The notes: generated by a model from the letters alone, not told the origin. A DNA stretch of 64,000 bases from Eledone cirrhosa (GCA_964016885.1 OZ024761.1:17236001-17300000); one strand, 5' to 3'. Counted from the first letter of the stretch, positions 1-13,351 are shown. Program-made: numbers and translations.

Positions 1-122
1 CCATGGAAGACCTGGGCAGAGGTTGTGAAAGCTGATCTCTAAATTGCTGAGGCTCACAGAGGAGAGGACAAAGGAATGCGGCATGTGGAAAGATGCTGAA
101 AAGGACCCATCCAACCCATGCA
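1..122 (+). mobile_element. Degenerate 3' end of an RTE-clade LINE
   Basis: Frame 1 reads PWKTWAEVVKADL*, matching the [15 protein letters not shown]-terminus of the RTE copy at 167-1026. Ends in CCATCCAACCCATGC, the family 3'-terminal motif. Confidence 0.6.
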
Positions 123-153
<31 letters not shown>

Positions 154-166
154 TATGTATATATAT

Positions 167-1026
167 CATCATCATCATCATCATCACTGTTTTACGTCCG
201 TTCTTCCACGCTAGCATGGGTTAGACGGGTTGTCCTGTTGTGGGCAGTGTCTGGTCGGCTGACCATGCCTTGCTCATACAGGAACTGATTTGGCTTGATT
301 TCTACAGCTGGATGCCCTTCCTAACACCAACCTCATTTACAGTGAGTGCTGGGTGCTTTTTCGTGGCGCCTACACGTCCACTTTACAGTGTGGGCTGGGT
401 GCTTTTTTGCCGCGGCACCTCCACGACCACCTTGCGGTGGGGGGTGTGGGGGCATATTGTCTATATGCTTCAGCTTGTACTCATGGGAGGTCGGGTACTC
501 TGTATTACTGCGTGACGCCAGAGGTCACGGTCGTGTGTCATTGCCTTTGAGAGGTGTAATTGGGTAAGGTCGGCTTTTATCACCTCATCCCAGGTCATCT
601 TGGGTCTCCCCACTCCGCGGTTTCCATCGACTTCTAGTGCTCTGCACCTTTTTATGCAGCTGTCATCCTTCATACGCATCACATGTCCATACCAACGCAA
701 CCGCCTCTCCTGCACACAGCATTTGATTCCTCTTATGCTCAGTCTCTCTCTCAATTCATTTATGCTTTGTCGTTCGCGTATATTACTATTACACATCCAT
801 CGGAGCATGCAGGCTTCGTTTCTCTCTAATCTATGTAAGTCTTCCACCTTCAGTGCCCAGGTCTCACTACCATGCAACATCGCTGTTCGGATACACGCAT
901 CATACAGTCTGCCTTTCATTTTGAGGGAGAAGCCTTTTGCAGCTAGCAGTGGCAGTAGTTCCCTGAACTTCTTCCATCCCGTTCTTACCTTAGTTATTGT
1001 ACTTTCTGAACACCCACCTCCGCTGC
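167..1026 (-). mobile_element. 5'-truncated RTE-clade LINE (RT C-terminal region, 3'UTR, (GAT)n tail)
   Basis: ORF 470-1026 encodes [50 protein letters not shown], typical of RTE ORF ends. Tail appears as (CAT)n on plus strand; truncated at a TA run. Confidence 0.9.
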
Positions 1027-1320
<294 letters not shown>

Positions 1321-1321
1321 A

Positions 1322-1480
1322 CACCCACTCAAAATGGGCTTCTGGATTTTCTATCTACCAAACCCCTCTCACAAGGCTTCAGGTAAATCTGAGGCCTTAT
1401 ATAGCAGAAGTACCACACAGTGGGATTGAACTAGAAACCACGCAGTTGCTAAACAAACTCTTTACCCACCCAGCCATGAC
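1322..1480 (-). mobile_element. Degenerate tRNA-derived SINE
   Basis: Minus strand has A-box-like TGGCTGGGTGG and B-box-like AGTTCAATCCC at tRNA-like spacing. Confidence 0.5.
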
Positions 1481-1774
1481 AGCGTCTTGCCTAGAACAAC
1501 TTCTGTATACAGTAATAATCTATATTTAGCAGAGATTATAAGATACAGGTAGCTTTATACAATATAGGTAGGTCTATAAATAGTCATCGAAAGATGATCA
1601 GTGTATTTATTCCATTTAAGATTTTATAAGTAGACATTAATACAGCCTGCCAACCACGACCCTCACCTATTAATAAAATAAAAGAAATTGAACTACTAGA
1701 CGACATGGTATTTTTAATATTGAAGATATCTTATTTCATTCTACCTCTGGTGGATTTTAGGATTTTAATGTGTG

Positions 1775-1805
<31 letters not shown>

Positions 1806-1894
1806 TGAGATGAGAGGAGAAAGAGAAGTAGAGAGAGATAGATAGATAGATAGATACATACATACATAAAGAGACAGACAGACACACAGTCAGA

Positions 1895-2395
1895 TAGATA
1901 GATTTCTTTATTTGCCACAAGGGCGCACAAGAAAAGAGGACAATACAAAGACATGCCGGGGATTTTACATACAGTCGTGTAAAGAATATAAAACAAACAA
2001 TTATAACAATCGGAATCCCCAATAGGGGCGAAGCCCCACAAATGGGTCGTTTAATACCCCGTTGATAGAACAACCCTCAACTTCAGGAGCGTGTTGTGCA
2101 AGTGCTCCTTTCTTCCTTTTGCTCTCTTCTTTAACCTACAGGCTTATAAACAGAGAAGGCCCAATCACTCGGGCTATTTTTGCCACATTCACCCACCTTT
2201 CAGTAAATTTACTTGGGTGCAGTGCCTCTCTCTCCACCCTGATTCTCCTTCTAAAGTGATACTTAAAGAAGGGAATCAATTGTTGTCCGGGGAGAAAGGC
2301 ATCTGTCCTCAGTCCTCTCAACCTCGTCCACCATACTTAAAAAAGAGAATCAATTGTTGTCCGGAGAGAAAGGCATCTGTCCTCAGTCCTCAGTC
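1895..2395 (-). mobile_element. 3' fragment of a Tx1/L1-like non-LTR retrotransposon
   Basis: ORF 2136-2321 (..LIPFFKYHFRRRIRVEREAL..FTERWVNVAK..) resembles Tx1-clade ORF2 C-termini. AATAAA precedes a (TCTA)n tail. A ~45-bp duplication (2273-2318 / 2347-2392) lies at the 5' junction. Confidence 0.6.
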
Positions 2396-2602
2396 AGATA
2401 GATAGATAGACAAACAAACTGTCAGACAGATAGATAGATCAATAGGTAGATAGACAGACAGATAGATAAACAGATAAATATATATATATATATATTTTTA
2501 CAAGGTTGGATTGGGAGGATTTGGGAGGGGACATACTGATTGGGAATGGAGAAGAATCTTGCAGTTCTATATCTCAACTATATTACAACTATATGATAGT
2601 CG

Positions 2603-2638
<36 letters not shown>

Positions 2639-2859
2639 TCCCAGACCTCATTTGCTAACCAAGTGGAGTGTAACTCGTCCAATCAGACCAAGGAAACAAT
2701 GTTTCTATTGGTCATTCCATTGCCAAGACTATCTAGCAGTTCAACTCCTGGCAGAAGGAGCAATAAGAAATAAAGTGTCTTGTTGAAGGACAATCGAACT
2801 TGAAACCTCACGATTATGAATACAATTTTCTAACCACTAAGTCACATATATTCTCTATA

Positions 2860-3180
2860 TCAGTGCTATATCACAGTACTATACCACAATACTATACCAG
2901 AGTACTACACCACAGTACTATAACAGTTCTATACGACAGATCCATATGCCAGTTCTATATCATAATACTATACCACAGTCCTATATGACAGTACTATATC
3001 AGTTCTATACCACAGTCATATATGACAGTACTATACCACAGTTCTATATAACAGCACTATACTTCTGTTCTATACCAGAGTACTATACCACAATACTATA
3101 CCAGAGTACTATACCAGAGTACTACACCACAGTACTATACCACAGTTCTATACCACAGTTCTATATGATAGTTCTATAAC
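2860..3180. repeat. Degenerate ~16-bp minisatellite (CAGTACTATACCA core)
   Basis: About 20 imperfect copies read directly. Confidence 0.85.
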
Positions 3181-3283
3181 ACATTTCCTCAATATGATTT
3201 TTGCAGTATTGAGGACAGGTTAACCTTTTATTTCAAATCTTTCACTGGGTTATATAGCTGCAGCACAACCTAGTGGAGAACAG

Positions 3284-3450
3284 ATTAACTAGCAGGATTA
3301 ACTCTATATATATATATTGCTCAATAAATATATACACACAGGCCTATCATCATCACTGCTTAACTAGCAGGATTAACTATATATATATATTGCTCCATAA
3401 ATATAAACACACATATTCATCACTGCTTAATAAGCAGGATTAACTATATA
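3284..3450. repeat. ~70-bp tandem repeat, about 2.4 copies
   Basis: AGCAGGATTAACT recurs near 3291, 3366 and 3433. Confidence 0.75.
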
Positions 3451-3487
3451 TCATCATCATCATCATCATATATATATTTATATATAT

Positions 3488-3625
3488 AACAATGGAATTG
3501 TGGTAAGGAACCAGATGGACCATAACGCACCAGAGTACTCAATACTTAGGGTAGTAGAGTGGGAAATAGGAAAAAGTATGACCCCGACGGCAGAGCTCTG
3601 CCGTCGGGGTCATACTTTTTCCTAT
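3488..3625 (-). mobile_element. Short PLE/retrozyme-like element fragment with a perfect 60-bp fold-back palindrome
   Basis: 3566-3625 is a perfect palindrome centred on GAGCTC. Body is homologous to 19621-19728 and 33336-33476. TA runs flank both sides. Confidence 0.7.
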
Positions 3626-3667
3626 ATATATATATATATATATATATATTTACATATATATATATAT

Positions 3668-4330
3668 CATCATCATCATCATGGTTTAACGTCCATCTTC
3701 CACGCTAGCATGGGTTTGGACGGGAATTTTCCCACTTGAGGCAAGATTGGTCGTCTTGCTCGTATAGGACTGTCTGGTGGGTTTTCTGCGGCTGGATGCC
3801 CTTCCTAACACCTACCACGTTTACAGTGTGGACTGGGAGGTTTTTACCGTGTTGCCTACACGGCCACATTACAGCGTGGACTGTGTGTTTTTTTGTTGTG
3901 ACACCTACACGATCTCATATGTTTCGAACTGGATGTTGTGGTACCAACATAACTTTACATCAAAAGGGGTGGTGTGGATGGGGTGGGGGTAGTGGGACGG
4001 GGGTGTATTTTTGTTAAGAGGTGCCTACTGACTGTAGGTTTTACTTTGTATTTAGGCAAGGCGGGTCTTCTGTATTACTGTGTAGCGCCAAAGATCTCGG
4101 GCCAGTGACATTGTCTTGGAGAGGTGTAAGTGTGTGAGGTCGGAATTTATCAAGTCGTCCCAGGTTTTTCTGGGTCTGCCTACTCCGTGGCTATCGTCTA
4201 TTTTTATCGCCCTGCACTTTTTTTATACAGCTGTCATCTTTCATGCGCATCACGTGACCATACCAACGTAGCCTTCTCTTGAGTAAACAACATCTGATCA
4301 CTCTTATTCGTAATTTCTTAGTTCATCATT
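3668..4330 (-). mobile_element. RTE-clade LINE 3' fragment
   Basis: Close nucleotide similarity to 13473-14250. Encodes [24 protein letters not shown]; (GAT)n tail. Confidence 0.9.
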
Positions 4331-4446
4331 TATATATATATATATATATATTTACATATATGTATATATATATTTACATATATGTATATATATATATTTA
4401 CATATATGTATATATATATTTACATATATATATATATATATATATT

Positions 4447-4499
<53 letters not shown>

Positions 4500-5029
4500 T
4501 TACATATATATATATATATATATTTACATATATATATCCACGAATATATACAAACATACCTATATCAACATCATCAGTGTTTAACCTTTATTTTCCATAC
4601 TTGCATGGGTTAGATGGGTTGTCACGTATTGAAGCAAATGATTACATTTTGTTCATACAATCCCTTTTTGGATTGGTTTCTATGGCTAGATGCCCTTCGT
4701 AATGCCAATATTTACATATATATATATATATATATATGTGCGTTGGTATCACAGGTTCTGACACGTAAAGACACATACCTCTCTCTGATTTGCCATTTAA
4801 ATGTAGTTCCGATTTCAGTCAACCTTTGAGGATCAGTCTCTTCTCGGGAGTGCAAATACCACAAGGTTTACACAAGTTAACAATACTCCAGTTTCACAAC
4901 TTTTTCTTCTATTGACCAAGATTACATCCTAGTTGCAGATTTGTCCTGAAGGAAGGGGTATAGTTGTAAAATCTGTTTTTTTCCAACAGCCCTTCTATCA
5001 CACTAATGTAGAGTTTAAGAGCATTTTTA

Positions 5030-5435
5030 TTTTCTTCTTCGCCCACTTATTCCTGAGAGGGAACAGAGTCTTCAGACACTCCTTCCAGCGGGTCCTGTCA
5101 GAAGCAGCTGTCTCCAACTGATCCAGCTGGATCCCCAAGTGAGACCAACTAAGCTCATGGATGTTATCCAACCATCTTACTCAGGGTCTACACCTGGGTC
5201 TGCTGCCAGTTGGTTTTACCCATAAAATTTGTCCACCAATTCTTTCCCCCGAGACATTCTAACCACATGGTCATAGTATCAGAGCTGTGATCTCTCAATT
5301 CGGAGAAGTAGCAGATCTACCTGGAGTGACTCTCTGATCTCTGAGCTATGCACATAGAGCAATGTTACTCCAAGGACCCTTCGGAGGAATCCCATTTCAG
5401 CCGCTTGTATTTGCGATCGTATTCTTTTGGTCATT
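5030..5435 (-). mobile_element. Old RTE (Rex3/Expander-like) LINE 3' fragment
   Basis: Minus-strand translation MTKRIRSQIQAAEMGFLRRVLGVTL..SSEIRESLQVDLLLLRIERSQL*..HVVRM, with stops and frameshifts. Confidence 0.75.
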
Positions 5436-5769
5436 TTATTTTCTTGACCCTGAAAAGATGTAATGTAAAGAAAACTTGATTTTGTTGAGATTAGAACTCA
5501 CAGAACACAGAGGCTGAACTAATATATAAGTCTGTCTCAAGCCTGGAGGCTTATCATGCCAGTGCTTATCCTAGTTTCTGTGGCATGAAGCAACTAAGAG
5601 TACAAGACTACCCACTGGACAGGACACCAGTCCATCATAGGGTTAAATTCTGTCTCTAGCCCTGTGACTTATGCAGCCAGTGACTATTCCAGTCTCCGCA
5701 ACATTAAGCAACAGAGTACAAAACTCCCTGCTGGACAGGAAACCAGTTGATCTCAGGGTTAAACCCCCA

Positions 5770-5935
5770 GCTATTGCTGGTACTTATTTTTCAGCTGAAT
5801 GTACTGGAGCAATGTGAAATGATGTTTTGCTTAAGAACACAACACAGAACCCAGTCCAGGAATTGAACCCAGTCCAGGAATTGAACCCACAACATTATAA
5901 TTGTAAGTCCAACACTTTTACCACTAGGCCACCTC
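5770..5935 (-). mobile_element. tRNA-derived SINE head and CORE-like region
   Basis: A-box TGGCCTAGTGG, duplicated B-box GGTTCAATTCC, then GTGTTCTTAAGCAAAACA..GCTCCAGT as in other copies. Confidence 0.65.
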
Positions 5936-6142
5936 CCTGCACACTTCCTGTCTGGTGACTATGGTGAAATCGGTTATGTGGTAGACAAGGCTGAAAGAAC
6001 TGAAGTCAGACACATTCCTCTTCAGCCAAGTTCCACTTGGAATGGGAAGTGAGGGTAGAGAGGAAAGTGCTGCCTTCCACCAATATTAGCTTTGCCTTTT
6101 TACATCCTTGCGAGGTCGATAAAATAAAGTACCAGTAATACA

Positions 6143-6460
6143 CTGTGGTTAGAGTGTTGGGCTTACAATCATGAGGTTGTGAGTTCAATTCTTGGACTGG
6201 GCTTTGTGTTGCGTTGTGTTCTTGAACAAGACACTTTATTTCATGCTGCTCCAGTTTACTCAGCTGTAGAAATGTGTTGTGACGTCGCTGTTTCAGACTT
6301 TGCCGTTCCCTTGGACAACATCGGTGGCGTGGAGAGGGAAGACTTATGCATGTGCGACTGCTGGTCTTCCACAAACAACCTGGCTCGGTCTTGTGCCTCA
6401 GGAGGGGAACTTTCTATCTTCAAATCCCATGGTCATTTGTGACCGAAGGGGGTCTTTACA
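6143..6460 (+). mobile_element. tRNA/CORE-like SINE, subfamily shared with 24520-24830
   Basis: GTGGTTAGAG..GAGTTCAATTC..CTTGAACAAGACACTTTATTTC. 3' body matches the reverse complement of 24520-24700. Nested within a Meta-like SINE fragment (6085-6145, 6470-6520). Confidence 0.75.
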
Positions 6461-6769
6461 AAAAAAATACACTGGAGTTGATTTAACCCTTTAGCATTTA
6501 CATTACTCTCTATTTACTATTGTATTTGCACGGTAAACACTATCTCACATAATATCAAATCTACAAGATTTTGATATTATTTATTTTGTGAACAATACCT
6601 TAACATCAGTATGAGCAGCCAGTTACAGCCAGTTACAGCCAGTTTTAACAGAAAGAGGTGAGAGAATTCTGGCCGGATACGGCCAGTTTAAATGCTAAAG
6701 GGTTAATCAACATTCTCCCCTTTCTTTGAAATTGCTGGCCTTGTGCCACATGTAGAAACAATTATATCT

Positions 6770-7265
6770 ATAATTATTATTATAATAATAATCAATATTG
6801 CTATTACTGTCATTATTACTTCTTTAACTATTATTACCATCGTTATTATTATTGTCTTTATTACTATTACAATATGAGATAGTAATGTGAGTAATAAAAC
6901 TACCAAACATATATCATCATCACCATCAACATCATCACAATCATCACAATCATCAACATCATTACAATCATCACAATCATCAACATCATTACAATCATCA
7001 CCATCAACATTGACACCAACATTATCATCAACATCATCAACACCAACATTATCATCAACATCACAATCATCATCATCAACATCATCACAATCATCATCAT
7101 CAACATCATCACAATCATCATCAACATCATCAATCATCAGCACCAACATTAACTTTATCGCCATCAAACATCATCACAATTATCATCAACATCATCAGCA
7201 TCATCACAATCACCATCAACATCATCAGCATCATCATCATCATCATCAACACCATCATCATTACT
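6770..7265. repeat. Low-complexity trinucleotide tract (ATT, ATC/CAT/CAA)
   Basis: Direct reading. Confidence 0.9.
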
Positions 7266-7277
7266 ATTGTATCAGAT

Positions 7278-7453
7278 AATAATTGTTTCTACTTTAGGCA
7301 CAAGGCCAACAATTACCCCAGTGCATTACTGGTACTATATTTTATTGACCCCGTAAGGATGAAAGGCAAAGTTAACCTCGGCGGGATTTGAACTCAGTCC
7401 GCAAAGGGCCGTCACTCTATGATGGAAAGCATGTCATCCAACCCTCTACCGAT
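7278..7453 (-). mobile_element. tRNA-derived SINE with Meta-domain-like core
   Basis: Reverse complement of the full copy at 63612-63800 (GAGTTCAAATCCCGCCGAGG..GCCTTTCATCCTTACGGGGTC). Confidence 0.8.
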
Positions 7454-10010
7454 AGTAATACTATCAACAATATAAAGCTACTAAACTGACTTTCATGACT
7501 ATTATCATCATCTACTATATCAAATAGTAATACTATCAACAATATAAAGCTACTAAACTGACTTTCATTACTATTATCATCATCTACTATATCAAATAGT
7601 AATACTATCAACAATATAAAGCTACTAAACCAACTTCCATTACTATTATCATCATCTACTATATCAAATAGTAATACTATCAACAATATAAAGCTACTAA
7701 ACTGACTTTCATTACTATTATCATCATCTACTATATCAAATAGTAATACTATCAACAATATAAAGCTACTAAACCAACTTCCATTACTATTATCATCATC
7801 TACTATATCAAATAGTAATACTATCAACAATATAAAGCTACTAAACCAACTTTCATTACTATTACCATCATCTACTATATCAAATAGTAATACTATCAAC
7901 AATATAAAGCTACTAAACCAACTTCCATTACTATTATCATCATCTACTATATCAAATAGTAATACTATCAACAATATAAAGCTACTAAACTGACTTTCAT
8001 TACTATTATCATCATCTACTATATCAAATAGTAATACTATCAACAATATAAAGCTACTAAACCAACTTCCATTACTATTATCATCATCTACTATATCAAA
8101 TAGTAATACTATCAACAATATAAAGCTACTAAACCAACTTTCATTACTATTATCATCATCTACTATATCAAATAGTAATACTATCAACAATATAAAGCTA
8201 CTAAACTGACTTTCATTACTATTATCATCATCTACTCTATCAAATAGTAATACTAGCAACAATAAAGCTACTAAACTGACTTTCATTACTATTATCATCA
8301 TCTACTATATCAAATAGTAATACTATCAACAATATAAAGCTACTAAACTGACTTTCATTACTATTATCATCATCTACTATATCAAATAGTAATACTATCA
8401 ACAATATAAAGCTACTAAACCGACTTTCATTACTATTACCATCATCTACTATATCAAATAGTAATACTATCAACAATATAAAGCTACTAAACTGACTTTC
8501 ATTACTATTATCATCATCTACTATATCAAATAGTAATACTATCAACAATATAAAGCTACTAAACCAACTTCCATTACTATTATCATCATCTACTATATCA
8601 AATAGTAATACTATCAACAATATAAAGCTACTAAACCAACTTTCATTACTATTATCATCATCTACTATATCAAATAGTAATACTATCAACAATATAAAGC
8701 TACTAAACTGACTTTCATTACTATTATCATCATCTACTCTATCAAATAGTAATACTAGCAACAATAAAGCTACTAAACTGACTTTCATTACTATTATCAT
8801 CATCTACTATATCAAATAGTAATACTAGCAACAATATAAAGCTACTAAACTGACTTTCATTACTATTACCATCATCTACTATATCAAATAGTAATACTAT
8901 CAACAATATAAAGCTACTAAACCGACTTTCATTACTATTACCATCATCTACTATATCAAATAGTAATACTATCAACAATATAAAGCTACTAAACTGACTT
9001 TCATTACTATTATCATCATCTACTATATCAAATAGTAATACTAGCAACAATATAGCTACTAAACTGACTTTCATTACTATTACCATCATCTACTATATCA
9101 AATAGTAATACTAGCAACAATATAAAGCTACTAAACCGACTTTCATTACTATTATCATCATCTACTATATCAAATAGTAATACTATCAACAATATAAAGC
9201 TACTAAACTGACTTTCATTACTATTATCATCATCTACTATATCAAATAGTAATACTAGCAACAATATAAAGCTACTAAACCAACTTCCATTACTATTATC
9301 ATCTACTATATCAAATAGTAATACTAGCAACAATATAGCTACTAAACTGACTTTCATTACTATTATCATCATCTACTATATCAAATAGTAATACTATCAA
9401 CAATATTAATCTACTAAACTGACTTTCATTACTATTATCATCATCTACTATATCAAATAGTAATACTAGCAACAATATAGCTACTAAACTGACTTTCATT
9501 ACTATTATCATCATCTACTATATCAAATAGTAATACTAGCAACAATATAAAGCTACTAAACTGACTTTCATTACTATTATCATCATCAACTATATCAAAT
9601 AGTAATACTAGCAACAATATAAAGCTACTAAACCAACTTTCATTACTATTACCATCATCTACTATATCAAATAGTAATACTAGCAACAATAAAGCTACTA
9701 AACCAACTTTCATTACTATTACCATCATCTACTATATCAAATAGTAATACTAGCAACAATATAAAGCTACTAAACCGACTTTCATTACTATTATCATCAT
9801 CTACTCTATCAAATAGTAATACTAGCAACAATAAAGCTACTAAACCAACTTTCATTACTATTATCATCATCTACTCTATCAAATAGTAATACTATCAACA
9901 ATATAAAGCTACTAAACTGACTTTCATTACTATTATCATCATCTACTCTATCAAATAGTAATACTAGCAACAATATAGCTACTAAACTGACTTTCATTAC
10001 TATTATCATC
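7451..10010. repeat. 72-bp satellite array (~35 copies, with 70-bp variants)
   Basis: Unit TACTATATCAAATAGTAATACTATCAACAATATAAAGCTACTAAACTGACTTTCATTACTATTATCATCATC; 24-aa periodicity in the ORF track. Confidence 0.97.
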
Positions 10011-10154
10011 GACTTTCCCATCCCCAAAATTGCTGGCCTTGTGCCTAAATCAGAAACCATTATTATTACTACTACTATACCAGATATAGTAATACTATTG
10101 TTAACAATAATAAAGGTACTAAACCGACTCAATACCATCATCATTTTCATTAAT

Positions 10155-10745
10155 ATTGTTTCTATTTTTGACACAAGGCCAGCAATTACCCCAGTACATT
10201 ACTGGTGCTTTACTTTATCCACCCTGCAAGGATGAAAGGCAAAGTTAACCTTGGTGGGATTTGAACTCATTTTCATTAATATTAATGGATTGGCAGTATC
10301 GGTAGATTGGCAGCAAAGAGTTACGGCCCTTTATGATCTGAGTTCAAATCCCGCCGAGGTTAACTTTGCCTTTCATCCTTACGGGGTCGATAAAATAAGG
10401 TACCAGTAATACACTGGGATAATTGCTGGCCTTGTGCCAAAAGTAGAAACAATTATTAACAATACTATTACTACTACTATATCAGAAATACTATCAACAA
10501 TAATAAAGCTACCAAACCAACTATCATCATCATCATTATAACCGGTGGATTGCCAGTATCATTATATCATTATAACGGTAGAGAGTCGGACGCCATGCTT
10601 TCCAGCATAGTTACGTCCCTTTACTGTCTGAGTCCAAATCCCGCCGAAGTTCACTTTGCCTTTCATCCTTACGGGGTCGATAAAATAAAGTACCAGTAAC
10701 GCACTGGGGGTAATTGCTAGCCTTGTGCCAAAAGTAGACACAATT
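10155..10745. mobile_element. Cluster of three Meta-like SINE copies (10155-10270 minus; 10285-10460 plus; 10545-10745 plus)
   Basis: Each carries a CTTTGCCTTTCATCCTT..GG.T.GATAAA..AGTACCAGTAA-type core. Confidence 0.8.
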
Positions 10746-10979
10746 ATATCATTATATCATTATCAAAAGAAACAATTATTAAATTGGTTTTGTTGTGTAT
10801 TTTCACTCAATTTTATTGTAAAACACCCACTGTTCTTGTCTTTGTATTGTCCCCTATATATCGGCCCTTGTTCTTACATGTAGAAACGCCCATTTGTACC
10901 GTTCTGTACTGTCCTTAATGTTATACTTTGTGTCAAACCTTGTGGTTAATAATTGAAACATCATCATCATCATCATATG

Positions 10980-11527
10980 GGGGCACATGGCTTAGTGGTT
11001 AGAGCATTGGCCTTGCAATCGAAAGGTTGTGAGTTCAACTCCCAGACCGGGTGATGTGTTGTTTCCTTGAGCAAGACACTTTATTTCACATTGCTCCAGT
11101 TTACTCAGCTGTAGAAATGAGATGATAGGGACCCCAGTCCCTATCATTCCACTGCAAAGTGGTCGTGGAGGTGCCACGGCAAAAAAGCACCCAGCACTCA
11201 CTGTAAAGTGGTCGTGGAGGTGCCACGGCAAAAAAGCACCCAGCACTCACTGTAAAGTGGTCGTGGAGGTGCCACGGCAAAAAAGCACCCAGCACTCACT
11301 GTAAAGTGGTCGTGGAGGTGCCACGGTAAAAAAGCACCCAGCACTCACTGTAAAGTGGTCGTGGAGGTGCCACGGCAAAAAAAGCCCCCAGCACTCACTG
11401 TAAATGAGGTTGGTGTTAGGAAGGGCATCCAGCTGTAGAAATCAAGCCAGAATCAGTTCCCGTCCCACCCTTGCAAGTAGGGAAAAAGCGGACGTAAAAA
11501 TGAAATGAATGAAATGAAATGAAATGA
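10980..11527 (+). mobile_element. Full-length tRNA/CORE-like SINE with RTE-derived 3' end and five 49-bp internal repeats
   Basis: A-box TGGCTTAGTGG and B-box GAGTTCAACTC. 49-bp units start at 11150, 11199, 11248, 11297 and 11346. 3' part matches the RTE 3'UTR at 285-430. (GAAAT)n tail. Confidence 0.9.
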
Positions 11528-11827
11528 TTACTACTATATCAGATAGCAATACTATCAATGGTAGCAATAAAGCCACAAAACAGACAAATTACTATCACCA
11601 TCATCATCATCATCATTATTAGTACTATTATTATTATATCAGATAGTAATGCTATCAATAATAATAAAGCCACCAAACCGACCATTTAATTGAAGTCGTT
11701 TCATTTTGAAGAGAGAAAACTTGACTAATGGTTTCGTCTTTTGTTTCGATGTTCAACAGGAGAGATGGTGGTGAGACATGTTGAAAGAGAGGGAGCAGGG
11801 AAGAGAGAGAGAGAGAGAGGGGGCTTT

Positions 11828-12560
11828 AGTGATATACTGAGGAGAGAGTGAGGGGAAGAGAGAGAGAGAGTGAGAGGTAGTGATGTATTGAGGAGAGAGA
11901 GAGAGGGGTAGTGATGTACTGAGAGAGAGAGAGAGGAGGGTAGTGATATACTGAGGAGAGAGAGAGAGGGGGGTAGTGATATACTGAGGAGAGAGAGAGG
12001 GGGGTAGTGATATACTGAGGAGAGAGAGGGGGGTACTGATATACTGAAGAGAGAGAGAGGGGGGTAGTGATATACTGAGGAGAGAGAGAGGAGGGTAGTG
12101 ATATACTGAGGAGAGAGAGAGGGGGGGGTAGTGATATACTGAGGAGAGAGAGAGGGGGGTACTGATATACTGAGGGGAGAGAGAGGGGGGTAGTGATATA
12201 CTGAGGAGAGAGAGAGGGGGGTAGTGATATACTGCGGAGAGAGAGAGAGGGGTAGTGATATACTGAGGAGAGAGAGAGGGGGTAGTGATATACTGAGGAG
12301 AGAGAGAGGAGGGTAGTGATATACTGAGGAGAGAGAGAGGGGGGTAGTGATATAGTGAGGAGAGAGAGAGAGAGAGGTAGTGATGTACTGAGAGAGGGGG
12401 TAGTGATATAGTGAGGAGAGAGAGAGAGAGAGAGGTAGTGATGTACTGAGAGAGAGAGGGGGGTAGTGATGTAGTGAGGAGAGAGAGAGCGAGAGAGAGA
12501 GAGAGGTAGTGATATAAAGAGGGGAAAGAGAGAGAGGTAGTGATGCACTGAGGAGAGAAA
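11828..12560. repeat. GA-rich ~31-33-bp minisatellite (GTAGTGATATACTGAGGAGAGAGAGAGGGG)
   Basis: About 22 copies read directly. Confidence 0.95.
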
Positions 12561-13053
12561 GAGAGGGGAATAGGGAGGGGGGGGGTAAAAAAATAGAGAG
12601 AGAAAATGAGAGGGGGAGGAGACATATAGTGAGAAAGAGAGGGAGAAGGAGAGTGTGAGAAAGAGAGAGAAAGCATGCACGAAAAAGAAAGAGCAAAAGA
12701 AAAGAGAAAATAAGAGAGACATACAGACAGACCTCACCCCCCTCCCCAAACCAAATATCTCTCTGTCGCCACCCTCTCTCTCTCTTTGTTTATCTGTCTC
12801 TCTTTCTTCACCCTAAAATTGCCAGAACATCTCTCATTATTTTGAGGGGTCGAAGTACCAGTAATAAACTGGGGTTGATTTAATCGACTTTCTCCTCTCC
12901 TAAACTTGTAGGACTTGTGCCAAAATCAGAAACCAATATTTTGACCACAACACCCCCCTCTCTCTCTCAATATATATATATGTCTGTCTCTCTCTCTTTA
13001 TAAATATATAAATATATATACACACATGCCCGTCTCTTTATATATATATATAT

Positions 13054-13300
13054 CATCATCATCATCATCATCATCGTTTAACGTCCATATTCCACGCTTG
13101 CATGGGTTTGGACGGGAGTTTTCCCACTTGAGGCAAGAGTGGTTGGTTGTCTTGCTCGTATAGGACTGTCTGGCGGGTTTTCTACGGCTGGATGCCCTCC
13201 CTAACACCAACCACATTTACAGTGTGGGGCTGGGAGGTTTTTACAGTGTTACCTACACGGCCACATTACAGCGTGGACTGTGTGTTTTTTTGTCGTGACA
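13054..13300 (-). mobile_element. Duplicated RTE LINE 3'UTR and tail
   Basis: Near copy of 13473-13685, with the adjacent CACACATGCCCGTCTCTTTA flank also repeated. Confidence 0.85.
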
Positions 13301-13351
13301 CGTACATATATATATATATATATATAAACACACACATGCCTGTCTCTTTAA

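Noticed and set aside
7417-10174. Repetitive membrane-like protein ORFs, or a CRISPR-like array
   Set aside because: This is a head-to-tail 72-bp satellite with no unique spacers. Frequent 2-bp deletions break the frame, there are no cas genes, and the context is eukaryotic.
10982-11050. tRNA gene
   Set aside because: A and B boxes are present but no proper acceptor or anticodon stems form. It continues into a SINE body found several times in the window.
11150-11400. 49-bp hairpin repeats as a CRISPR array
   Set aside because: The units are directly adjacent with no spacers and lie inside a SINE.
11725-12749. 300-aa Ser/Leu/Pro ORFs, likewise 51305-53027
   Set aside because: Minisatellite translations that are open in all three frames.
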